IMG/VR virus record: IMGVR_UViG_3300043754_000046 | Coordinates: 9,981 to 73,980 of that record | DNA length: 64,000 nt | Direction: 5' to 3' (one strand) | Source of the DNA: a virus | In this document: positions 33,826-42,667 of the stretch, piece by piece | How positions within the stretch are numbered: position 1 is the first letter of the stretch | How the letters are laid out: each line of letters starts with the position of its first letter | The notes under the pieces: model-generated | The model's input: only the letters and a program-made list of their open reading frames with translations | Database searches by the model: none | What the model was told of the DNA's origin: nothing | Translations under genes and position numbers: made by a program

Positions 33826-36611
33826 CAGTAGCTCCGTTCGAAGATGCCGTGCCGAGTAGCAGCCGCGTTGAAGCTGTCGGTGACAGTCGCGAGCTGGATC
33901 GGGGCGAGTCCCGGGCCCTGGTACTGGTAGACGGTGATCGTGGATCCCGACATCGAGACATAGATGCGGGATCCGTCCGGCAGGCTGGACCAGGACGCAA
34001 CCGTGGTCAGCGTTCCGGAGACGACCTTGGCCAGACGCGTCCGGCTGGCGCTCCAGAAGTTCGTTGCGGAGCTCCAGCGCAGGCAGAGCCCGTGCTCGGT
34101 ACCGATGGGCGGTCCGGTCATGAATGTCAGCCCGACGGACACATTGGCCTGCCCGTAGTTGGTGACCATCTGACGGCCGCTGGAGTCGTTCCGGGTCGAC
34201 CAGTACGCCACGCCTGAGGAGGCGACAGGGGTATCGATGGCGGAGGAGTTCGTCCAGGTGCCACCAGCGAGTGCGCTGGAGGAGCTGGGGTCGGTGATGA
34301 GATTGGTCGAGTTGCGGGTGAACCCGACGTACAGGTCCGCGCTGGTGTTGGGGGTGGGGTTGATCGTGGTGATCAGGTTGCCACCGGCGTCGTACCACTC
34401 GATGTAGACGCTGCGCGTCGCCGTTGTCGTGCCCCCGCCGGTGAGGGAGGTCCAGGCGGAGGCGGTGTAGGTGTTCTGGGCGGAGCCGAGCCACGACCAC
34501 GACAGATTGTCGGTGGGGTTGCCGGTCGGGGCACTGCCCTGAGAGGCGGACGCCGCAATGTAGGTCTGTCCCTGGTACTGCACGACGGCGCCAGGCTGGT
34601 AGGCAGCGCCCGCGCTCCAGAAGGGCATCTGGGCCAGGGGAATGCCGTAGGAGGAGACCATGTAGCGGTCCGGGGCAACGGTCGAGATGGTCTCGGGTTG
34701 CCAGTGGGCCAGATCGGTGTCCGGCTCGGCGCTGATGGAGGCAACGATCGCCAGGTAGCTGTTCCCGCCGTAGGTGACGTAGGCGTTGCGCTGGTACGTG
34801 GTGGTGGAGCTCCAGGCGGTGGACTGCGCGCGGGGCGGCGTGTGGACGGCGAGAGTGGCTGTGGAGGCGGACGAGTTGGTCATGACGCCGAAGCTGGAGG
34901 TGAAGTCGCCCTGCCCATCGAGGTGCTGAACGCCGGTGCTCACCGCGAGATTTGAGTTCGCGGCGGTCACGCCTGCCGTATAGCTGACTTGCTCCCAGGT
35001 GGATATGCCCCCGGTGAGGGGATTGACGAGCGCGGTGGTGGCGTAGTTGGTGAGCCAGATCCAGAAGGCGTTGTTGGTTGGGGACCCGCTCGGTGTGGCA
35101 CCGAGATTCGAGGTGCTCCCGGTGGGCGTGTAAGTGAGGTAGTCCACGCCCATCTGGTAGCCGTTGTTGTTGCTGTACCGGCTCGTCCCGGACAGCGCGT
35201 TCTTGCTGTTCGTTGTGACGGTAATGGTGTTGGCGCCCGCGTTCAGCGTCCACTTTCCCAAGTACGCTCCGGTAGCCGGGGAGGGATTAGGGGCATAGCC
35301 GTCGAATATGAACGGCACCGGAGCACCGCCGTTGAAAATTGAGGAGCCCAACACCTGGCTGCCGTTGATGGTGAACTTGGTCTGGGCGTAGTCGTAGCTC
35401 CGTGTCATGCCAACGGAGACGTCGTAGGTTCCGGCGGTCGTCACAGTGAAAGAAAATGTCGCTGACTGTCCCACGGCATTGGAGTCGACCACCACTTGCC
35501 GTCCTCCCGAATAGGAGGCGCTTGGCAGACTCTGCTGGACGATGTACTGCGGGGCTCCGCTGAGAGTGATGGTGCAGCTTTCCGCCTCTACGCGGACCGT
35601 GGAGGACTGCGCCTGATACAGGTACCCGCTGTAGGAGACGATGCTGCCCGGAGGGTAGACGACGCTCGGGTCCCATGCCGGGTACCGAGGTGAGTAGGAC
35701 TCGGTCTGGTCCGGGTCGAGCATCAGATTCGTGCTGGGTGCTATCACACTGTCGTAGCCGGTGATATTAGCGATGGTGTCCCGGAGAGAGGTCGTCGTGC
35801 CCTTGAGCCGGGCGAGCTGAACAGCGTTGGCAACTCGGTAGCGGCGCAGCCGGGGCGTGATGCTTGCCTCCGTGTCGAGGCCGAGCTGACTGGCAACTTC
35901 CTCCATGCGCCAGATGGGCATGGAGGAGACGCGGGTGAGGTGCTGCTCCTCCCCCAGCTCGGTCCGCGTCATGTCCAGTGCGTAGGCCAGCACCGCCAGG
36001 TACCGGCCGAGCTGGCTGTTGGTGGGATCCTGCGGACTGGCGATGTCCTGCTGGCTGGTGGCGTAGGGGGCGGGCAGCAGGCTGTACAGCAGATTCCGGT
36101 AGCCGTAGTCGGAGACGGCGAGAGAGCACGCCTGCCCGGCCCGGTTCCACAGGGCGGTCGCGTTGGTGACTTGCCACTGGGTTGCTGAGACAGAGGGTGT
36201 GATGCCGAGGGTATTGGCGGTCACGCACAGCCAGTTACTGCCACCGTAGGAGACGGTGTCGCCGACCTGGTAGGTGATGGCGCCGGAATATGCGGGGAAG
36301 CTGGAGGCGACGAACCATGCGTAGTAGTACCACTTCCCGCCAGTCAGCCCTGAATCGGTGAAGCTGTTCTGGGGAGTTGTCGGCGAGATCTGGAGAATGA
36401 TATCTCCGTCCTTCTCATCGGACGGATAGCCGTTGGTGTTCCGAACTACCTGAAGCGAGGACCAGTTCTGATTGTTGGACGGCATGGTCCAGTTCAGCGT
36501 GATCTCACCATATCCGGTCTGGACGGCACTGACCGATCCGACGGAGTAAGTGACAGCGACGTCAGGCCCGTAATAATCCTTACTGAAGAGTGAGAGCCCA
36601 TAGGTGGCCAT
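33825..36611 (-). CDS. Baseplate-associated tail protein with four CBM5/12-like repeats
   Basis: P2 gpI-like LRRYRVANAVQLARLKGT; repeats (A/F)(W/Y)...Y..G..V.Y.G..(Y/W) four times; internal CBM6/35-like segment starting VRVEAES. Confidence 0.8.
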   Translation of the reverse strand: MATYGLSLFSKDYYGPDVAVTYSVGSVSAVQTGYGEITLNWTMPSNNQNWSSLQVVRNTNGYPSDEKDGDIILQISPTTPQNSFTDSGLTGGKWYYYAWFVASSFPAYSGAITYQVGDTVSYGGSNWLCVTANTLGITPSVSATQWQVTNATALWNRAGQACSLAVSDYGYRNLLYSLLPAPYATSQQDIASPQDPTNSQLGRYLAVLAYALDMTRTELGEEQHLTRVSSMPIWRMEEVASQLGLDTEASITPRLRRYRVANAVQLARLKGTTTSLRDTIANITGYDSVIAPSTNLMLDPDQTESYSPRYPAWDPSVVYPPGSIVSYSGYLYQAQSSTVRVEAESCTITLSGAPQYIVQQSLPSASYSGGRQVVVDSNAVGQSATFSFTVTTAGTYDVSVGMTRSYDYAQTKFTINGSQVLGSSIFNGGAPVPFIFDGYAPNPSPATGAYLGKWTLNAGANTITVTTNSKNALSGTSRYSNNNGYQMGVDYLTYTPTGSTSNLGATPSGSPTNNAFWIWLTNYATTALVNPLTGGISTWEQVSYTAGVTAANSNLAVSTGVQHLDGQGDFTSSFGVMTNSSASTATLAVHTPPRAQSTAWSSTTTYQRNAYVTYGGNSYLAIVASISAEPDTDLAHWQPETISTVAPDRYMVSSYGIPLAQMPFWSAGAAYQPGAVVQYQGQTYIAASASQGSAPTGNPTDNLSWSWLGSAQNTYTASAWTSLTGGGTTTATRSVYIEWYDAGGNLITTINPTPNTSADLYVGFTRNSTNLITDPSSSSALAGGTWTNSSAIDTPVASSGVAYWSTRNDSSGRQMVTNYGQANVSVGLTFMTGPPIGTEHGLCLRWSSATNFWSASRTRLAKVVSGTLTTVASWSSLPDGSRIYVSMSGSTITVYQYQGPGLAPIQLATVTDSFNAAATRHGIFERSY

Positions 36612-36614
36612 GCA

Positions 36615-37439
36615 TCACGTCCCGATCTCATACGGCAACTGGACGCCGCCCCAACTGCTCCCCGCAGGCAGACCGCGAATATAGGTGAGCTGAATTCGCG
36701 CCGACGCCGTTAGCGTCTGCGGTGTCAGGACTGCTCCCTCATCGCCCGGCACAAAAACATGCCGGATATGGACCTGAAGTGTGTCCCCTACCCCGAAGAC
36801 AGCGCCGGTTGCCATAGTGATTCGGTGCCATCCTCCGGTCTCTCCGCCTGAGGTGGAATCCCCCTGCCCGAAGTCCACGTAACCGACTGTCTGGGTGCCC
36901 GGGTTGCTGGAGTTCGCTCGGATTCTGGCGAACATCGTGTGCAGTTGTTCATCCGCGCCACCGGGGTCCACCATGCCACAGGTGACAGTGATGATCCACC
37001 AACCGGCCCAGGGGATCGTCAATGTATTGCCAGGGGCGTAAACACCGTTGGTGTCTACGGCAACTGCGTTCCACCTCAGTGCGTGCCAGTCGCTGGGCAG
37101 TACGTTCTCATAGTTTCCCGTCGGGGCGATCTGAGTTCCTGTGGCGGCTATGGAGGCTACAGGAAGCTGCCAGCCGGTTTTCGCGTCGTTCGAGAGAATG
37201 TTGATTCGGTTGGTCTGGGTATCCAGGTTCTGCTGAACCTGGTCAAGTCGGGAGCCGACCGTGCTGTAGGAGACGGGGGCACCACTCGCGGGATGGTAAA
37301 CCTGTGGGTTCGCTCCGAGCGTGGATTCCACAGCGGTGATTTCGTCGTAGGCGCCATTAACATCCGCCGCCATGACGAATTCGGTGCCATCTACGCGTGG
37401 CGTGAATTTACGGACGATCGTCGGGTAGCTGGCCGTCAC
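36615..37439 (-). CDS. Minor tail/baseplate protein
   Basis: Start GTG 37439 after GGAGG; D..MAADVN..YDEI.AVE..LG coiled N-terminus followed by a beta-rich domain. Confidence 0.7.
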   Translation of the reverse strand: MTASYPTIVRKFTPRVDGTEFVMAADVNGAYDEITAVESTLGANPQVYHPASGAPVSYSTVGSRLDQVQQNLDTQTNRINILSNDAKTGWQLPVASIAATGTQIAPTGNYENVLPSDWHALRWNAVAVDTNGVYAPGNTLTIPWAGWWIITVTCGMVDPGGADEQLHTMFARIRANSSNPGTQTVGYVDFGQGDSTSGGETGGWHRITMATGAVFGVGDTLQVHIRHVFVPGDEGAVLTPQTLTASARIQLTYIRGLPAGSSWGGVQLPYEIGT

Positions 37440-37440
37440 T

Positions 37441-38940
37441 TCAGATTCCTCCCACTGCCGAGATGTTGATGGTCCCGGCAAAGGGGACCTCCCAGGGCTG
37501 GCAGACCACATCCGCCGTGCCCGACTGCGCCGCATCCGCACGCGCCATCACCGGGATCTGCACGTAGAGCACGCCGGGCAGCCCGTGAACCGCTCCGTAG
37601 GCCTGCGCCACCGAGACGCGCTGCCGGAAGCTGGTCGTGGAGGGGTCCAGCAGATTCTGGAGGGCCTGGGTCACCGCGAGCTGCACATCGGACCGCCGGT
37701 ACTGCGGCATCACACCCACGGTCACGGGGACGGTCGGCGTCCCGAAATTCACCGGCACGAGGCTCCCCGTCTGGATAACGACCGTCGTGCCGATCATTGC
37801 CTGCGCCTGTACGGCCTGTGTGGTGGCGTCGATGAGGGCCTGCGACGGGGTCATATTGGTCGCGGCCAGGATGTACACGGTGACCACCGAGACGGACTGA
37901 GCGAGCGCGCTGGCCTTGTCCACGCCCTGCACCCCGAGAGCCAGGTTGGCGTAGTCGGAGTCGGTGACCCCACGGTTCTGGGATGCCGGAATGGCGGGCG
38001 CGTTGCGGCGGATGGAGTTCGTTGACTCTGCGTCCAGGCCACCAGTCATCAGTGAACTCGACTGAACGGCAACTCCGGGGATGAATGACGCGACATCCAC
38101 GAGTGCGTTGGCTGCCAGGTTGCCCCGGACTCCTCCCCCGATGCGGTATGCGACGAGAAGGTCGACACCGTTCTCGGGGATGCGTCCGTTGTTGCCGTCT
38201 CCGAAGATCACGGACACGTTTCCGGTCGCGTCGGTCGACAGCATCACCTGCTGGTCCGTTGGTCCGGCATTCAGCAGTGAACTTACAACGGCGTATTCCA
38301 CGGGCCCGTTGGGGAGGCTCGCGAATACTCGCACCGTGGATTGATCAATGGGCGTGCCGGGGATGACGTACGACTGGTCGGGTGTGCCATCAGACGTTCC
38401 CAGGGCCACTACGGGAACGACTGTGGGACTGCCAGAGGTTGCGTTGAGCGTGATCATCGCCGTGCCCTGGGTCGCCCCCTCGACCACGGTGACGGTGGCG
38501 GTGCCACCGCCGGGCGGCACGGTCGCAACGGCCTGTGTCTCGAAGACGAGGGGTCCTTGCAGGTCCGGCTGGAACGCCGTGATGAGTTGGCTGCCAGCCG
38601 GGATCGTCACGGTGGCCGACTGGGTGGGATCGGTAGCGAAGGTGACGGTACCGGTGGCGGCGAGCGCAGGGGCCGGGGTGTAGCCCAGGGTCTGAGCGAT
38701 CTCCAGCACTGCGGAACGCTGCGTGGCAGTTCCCAGATATGCCTCAACGACCAGCCGGTCCTGGTAGTAGGAAAGAATGTCGAGGCAGTAGGCCAGCATC
38801 TCGACCATCGCCACGCCGAAATCGGAAGGTGACCGGCTGGTCCACTCCGGGATCGTGGTGGACGCATAGGTCAGCATGGATTCACGGAACCCCGAGAAAT
38901 CCTTGCTCGTGTAGTCCACCGGGACCGGAGGTGTCGTCAC
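37441..38940 (-). CDS. Baseplate J-like wedge protein
   Basis: DYTSKDFSGFR, SDFGVAMVE, YQDR...EAYLGTATQRSAV, FGDG..G..P, RGVTDSDY. Confidence 0.9.
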   Translation of the reverse strand: MTTPPVPVDYTSKDFSGFRESMLTYASTTIPEWTSRSPSDFGVAMVEMLAYCLDILSYYQDRLVVEAYLGTATQRSAVLEIAQTLGYTPAPALAATGTVTFATDPTQSATVTIPAGSQLITAFQPDLQGPLVFETQAVATVPPGGGTATVTVVEGATQGTAMITLNATSGSPTVVPVVALGTSDGTPDQSYVIPGTPIDQSTVRVFASLPNGPVEYAVVSSLLNAGPTDQQVMLSTDATGNVSVIFGDGNNGRIPENGVDLLVAYRIGGGVRGNLAANALVDVASFIPGVAVQSSSLMTGGLDAESTNSIRRNAPAIPASQNRGVTDSDYANLALGVQGVDKASALAQSVSVVTVYILAATNMTPSQALIDATTQAVQAQAMIGTTVVIQTGSLVPVNFGTPTVPVTVGVMPQYRRSDVQLAVTQALQNLLDPSTTSFRQRVSVAQAYGAVHGLPGVLYVQIPVMARADAAQSGTADVVCQPWEVPFAGTINISAVGGI

Positions 38941-39009
38941 CGCGCTCCTTAACGCCTCATCATCGTCGGCCCGGAAATACGAAGAGAAAGCAACGACAGG
39001 CCCATTGGA

Positions 39010-39039
39010 AGTTTACGATCTCCGGCTCCCGGCCGGGTA
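39010..39039 (-). promoter_or_regulatory. Putative late promoter H (TACC-N20-TAAACT)
   Basis: TACCCGGCCGGGAGCCGGAGATCG-TAAACT in the 100-nt gap before the baseplate J gene. Confidence 0.45.
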
Positions 39040-39042
39040 GCG

Positions 39043-39597
39043 TCAATCGCCGCCGTACCCGCCTTCACCGTATCCAGCAATGGCGTACGGACTGTCTCCA
39101 TCTCCTCCGTAAGGACCGTCTCCGTAGGGGATGTCCCCGTATTTGACCGGCGCATTCACGAGGGGATCGACTGTAGGCAGTTGATTGAGAATGCCCACCG
39201 TGTCCGGGGACACGTCACCCGTCGCACTAAGCTCGACCGAGTACTGAGTGGACAACGAGGTGACCGGGTCACCGGCTGATACGTCGACATCCACACCGAG
39301 AATCTCCGATCCGTCCGGGCTGAGGATCGGGCGTATTGCGAGTACTCGTGCCTGCGGCTCATACAGTCCTACGGCCTGGGCAACCGCCTGCTGCAAATGG
39401 CTCTGGGAGGCGTTGGGGTCCCAGTCGAAAAGGAACTGGGTGGTGTCCACTCCGAAGGTCACCCTCATTACACGCTGGCCTGGAATTGTTCCGGCCAACG
39501 CGTGCACCCGTTGACTCAGCGCCTGTACAGGTCCGCTAACCGTCGCGACCGCCCCGGAGGGGTCAATGGCGAAAGGAATGGCCATCTGATACGACAC
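39043..39597 (-). CDS. gp25/GpW-like baseplate wedge protein with a YG-rich tail
   Basis: IPFAIDPSG...GTIPGQRVMR.TFG...QAV..YEP; C-terminal YGDIPYGDGPYGG...GYGEGGYGG. Confidence 0.85.
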   Translation of the reverse strand: MSYQMAIPFAIDPSGAVATVSGPVQALSQRVHALAGTIPGQRVMRVTFGVDTTQFLFDWDPNASQSHLQQAVAQAVGLYEPQARVLAIRPILSPDGSEILGVDVDVSAGDPVTSLSTQYSVELSATGDVSPDTVGILNQLPTVDPLVNAPVKYGDIPYGDGPYGGDGDSPYAIAGYGEGGYGGD

Positions 39598-39605
39598 TGC
39601 GCCTC

Positions 39606-40472
39606 CTAGCTCTTGTTGCCCATGGGTACAGATATCTGGAAATACACGTCAGCACTCCCGCTTGTGGGGACAGCGCTCACGCTCACATTCCCGTTCGCGT
39701 TGACCTCGACATACTCAATCGTGGGCGTTCCAGCAGAGTTCGACACAGCACCCGATCGCTGCGTCTTTTTCGGGCGGTAAGCAGTAGGCAGCGTAAAAAT
39801 GACGCTCGCTGGGCTCGTAGTAGTGGTGGTTGCCGCGCCGACGAGCACCAGGTTGTCCATTGCGTCAACGGAGTACTGAAGTGCTTGCACCGAGCCTGAA
39901 TGCGGGCCGAGCGCCCAGCCGGTGCCGATCCCGGTAGGGGTCTGCCAGGTCTGCCCGGCCTTGATCAGGTAGGTGCTGATCTGCGCCTTGGAGACGTCGA
40001 GGGACAGCAATACGTTGCCGCTGGCGACGTCCTGGACTATCAGGTTGGCGTTCGAAGAGCCGTCGTTGGCCTGCGAGTTGATCTGAAGGGTCACCGAGTC
40101 AGTCGCCCCGCTGGCGACCGGGCCTGCCAGGGTCACCTGAAGGGATTCCGAGGCCCCGGAACCTGCTGTGGCCACGCTGATACGCGCCGCCGTCTGCTCG
40201 ATGGGGGCGCCGGTGTAGAGGTAGCCATTGCTGGTTGCCAGCGGCGCCACGATCGGCGGGATGTACACCGGGTACGAGGCGTCACCGCCCCGGTACATCA
40301 CCCACACCAGTTGCCCCGGCGCCGGGGCAGCCGTACCTCCCGACGTGGCGGGCGGAGCCCAGCCGGTCACGGCCAGACCGCTCACTTGCGGCACCTGGAG
40401 GCGGACGCGTCCATTCCCGGTCGGGTCGGCTGTGCCAACAACCGTGCCGAGGTAGATGCCAGGCAAAGTCAT
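39606..40472 (-). CDS. Baseplate spike protein (gp5/VgrG OB-fold type)
   Basis: GIYLGTVV...DP...GRVRLQVPQV...WA...P.PGQLVWVMY.GGD..YPVY. Confidence 0.85.
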   Translation of the reverse strand: MTLPGIYLGTVVGTADPTGNGRVRLQVPQVSGLAVTGWAPPATSGGTAAPAPGQLVWVMYRGGDASYPVYIPPIVAPLATSNGYLYTGAPIEQTAARISVATAGSGASESLQVTLAGPVASGATDSVTLQINSQANDGSSNANLIVQDVASGNVLLSLDVSKAQISTYLIKAGQTWQTPTGIGTGWALGPHSGSVQALQYSVDAMDNLVLVGAATTTTTSPASVIFTLPTAYRPKKTQRSGAVSNSAGTPTIEYVEVNANGNVSVSAVPTSGSADVYFQISVPMGNKS

Positions 40473-41671
40473 GCGCCACTCCCCGCCCGCCAAGTATTTC
40501 CCACCAGGACGGAGGAGGCCTGCGGCACTGGCGTCCACGGCAGTTGCGTCAGCGAGGCAGCCTGGTCACGCCCCAGCTCCAGGTCCACGTAGTAGCTGCT
40601 GTAGACGGCCCCTCGCAGGTCCAGGGAGATCCGGTGATGCGCGGAGCGCACCATCCACGCCCCCGCGTACTGGCTGGCGATGGCGTCCCCGCTCACGCTG
40701 ATCGCGCAGCCCGGCCGCAGCCGGGGGTCACCATCGACCGTTGCCGTCGCACTGACCCACCACAGATCCCGGTGCGCCGCCGCCTGTGTGATGGCCACAG
40801 CGTCCGCGTAGCTCGTGGCCACATAGCCGGTCGCATACCGGCCGACCTGTGGAGCAACGCTGGCTCCGCTTACCGGATCCACTCGGGCGGCCGAGGCGGT
40901 CGCACCCGTGAGTACGCCGTTCCAGGACAATGCGACGGCCGTATGCTGCGCGCGGATTGCTCCCTCGGGATCGGTCTCGCCGACGACCGCGCGAAAGGCT
41001 TGCATCGTGTCCTGGACACCTGGGGTGCGGTGCTGCACGAAGGTCGGCATGCCCGGGACGAGGATGCGATGAGGATCAGTCATACACAGCGTCGTGCCGT
41101 CGACGGTGAGCCTGTAGCCGCTTTCCTCGGCGCGGTCCTGGAGGAAGCTGAAGTCGCTTTGCGCCGACTGCTGTCTGGCGTCGAAGACCCGGCTGTGCGG
41201 GTCCGTTATGGCATTCAGCCCATTCAGTGCAGCGATCTGCTGCGTCATGTACGCCACGGAGCACTGCCGCCAGGTGCGTGTCTGCGCGGTCTGGAGCGGC
41301 TTGGTGGCTCCCAGGAGGGTGTAACGCACGTCCAACCACTGGCCCCCCACCATCCCCGAGGGCTGCCCGGGATTGTTCAGCAGCTCGGGAGACACCACGT
41401 ATCCCACCCAGGTGCTGCTCGCCGCTGCGGTCGCTCCGTAAGAGATCTGCACGGGCGTGTTGTCCGGCCACCAGAGCGACGGCGGTAGTGAATCCGCCGC
41501 CGGGCGGAATGACGAGGACAGGAAGTACCTGATCGTCAACTGTGCCCATGGGTGGGCGCATTCTTCGGTGTGCAGCACGAATTCGCTCACGACGAAGGGC
41601 AGTGCAAGGTTCGGGGTTGACACCCGCACCCACGGCGCCCAGGAGCCAATTGTCTGCCTACCCGATGGCAT
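40469..41671 (-). CDS. Baseplate hub protein (gp27/GpD-like)
   Basis: QSDFSFLQDRAEESGY, V.GD..LRPG...V.G....YAGAW.V....H. Confidence 0.85.
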   Translation of the reverse strand: MPSGRQTIGSWAPWVRVSTPNLALPFVVSEFVLHTEECAHPWAQLTIRYFLSSSFRPAADSLPPSLWWPDNTPVQISYGATAAASSTWVGYVVSPELLNNPGQPSGMVGGQWLDVRYTLLGATKPLQTAQTRTWRQCSVAYMTQQIAALNGLNAITDPHSRVFDARQQSAQSDFSFLQDRAEESGYRLTVDGTTLCMTDPHRILVPGMPTFVQHRTPGVQDTMQAFRAVVGETDPEGAIRAQHTAVALSWNGVLTGATASAARVDPVSGASVAPQVGRYATGYVATSYADAVAITQAAAHRDLWWVSATATVDGDPRLRPGCAISVSGDAIASQYAGAWMVRSAHHRISLDLRGAVYSSYYVDLELGRDQAASLTQLPWTPVPQASSVLVGNTWRAGSGA

Positions 41672-41942
41672 TGGGGATCCTTATCCGCGTTCCGGCCGGA
41701 ATCAAGGTCCAGTCGAAAATCTGAGGATTCCCTTGCGCGATGACCCACCACATGGTCTCGTCCCCGTACATGCGGGCTGCCAGCGTGTCCACCCGGTCTG
41801 TGGCTCCCCAGGTGTAGTCGACCACTGAGAGCGTGTTTGCCCTGGGTTGCTGGGGCGTGATCGTGAGACGGGAAACACCGCTGGCATCAGTAATCATCGT
41901 CGTCACGTTGTTTGCGTAGCGTGAGCTCGCTGAAATCGACAT
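41658..41942 (-). CDS. LysM/gp53-like baseplate protein (94 aa)
   Basis: DRVDTLAARMYGDETMWWVIAQGNP...G.RIRIP; TAATG coupling. Confidence 0.85.
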   Translation of the reverse strand: MSISASSRYANNVTTMITDASGVSRLTITPQQPRANTLSVVDYTWGATDRVDTLAARMYGDETMWWVIAQGNPQIFDWTLIPAGTRIRIPNAIG

Positions 41943-42667
41943 TACTGCCACGTCCAGGGATTTGAGGTGGTGAGCTGCATACTCACCTGCACTGTACAGC
42001 GGAAGGGCACCATCAATTGAGAGAAGTGGGTGTACTGAACTGACAGGTTGTTGATATAGCCGTGGAATGACAGGGCGTTCTGCCCGCCGAAATACACGGT
42101 GCAGGGAGTCATCGGCATCGGCCCGATCGAGCCGGAGGGGAAGAGTTCGACAGGGACGTTCCCCTTGGGATTGGTGTTGGGAAGAGCAACAGCCTCCTGC
42201 TGGAGAATGCCGACCAGGCGGTACATCGCCGCGATATCCGCCCAGACTCCCACTTTCGAAACGTCTGTCGTCGTCCCGATGAGATACGGCTCGCTGTAAG
42301 TAGCCCCGGCATTCCACAATTCGTACGTCCGGTCAAACAGCAGCGCGAAGCCAACACTCGACGTGATCGGAATATTGATGGTCTCGTTCTTCGTCAGCGG
42401 ATCACGCCGGTTCTGCGGAAGTGAGGCGGGCGACGAGTTGGGGTCGTTCTGGTGAGTGACTTCGACAACCGATGGGTTGTACAGGAATTTCACAGAGTAC
42501 TGCGTGTACGGTGTAGGGCCATACCCGAGATCCTGAATGATGTATCCCCGCTGAAGGGATCCCGTATCGACACCCGTGCCGGACGATGTCGCTTTCATTC
42601 CCGGGAGCGCGGTGATGCGTTTGTCGAAATCCGGGTTGGAATACCTTGGATCAGGCCGGTTAGCCAT
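41942..42667 (-). CDS. Tail tube initiator-like protein
   Basis: FLYNPSVV...FALLFDRT...FHGYINNLSVQYTHF...PFRCTVQVSM. Confidence 0.75.
   Translation of the reverse strand: MANRPDPRYSNPDFDKRITALPGMKATSSGTGVDTGSLQRGYIIQDLGYGPTPYTQYSVKFLYNPSVVEVTHQNDPNSSPASLPQNRRDPLTKNETINIPITSSVGFALLFDRTYELWNAGATYSEPYLIGTTTDVSKVGVWADIAAMYRLVGILQQEAVALPNTNPKGNVPVELFPSGSIGPMPMTPCTVYFGGQNALSFHGYINNLSVQYTHFSQLMVPFRCTVQVSMQLTTSNPWTWQ

Noticed and set aside
33826-35253. 476-aa N-terminal extension of the 32107..35253 ORF overlapping another gene
   Set aside because: Its His/Gln/Arg-rich composition is typical of a shifted frame in GC-rich DNA; a coupled TGATG start exists at 33825.
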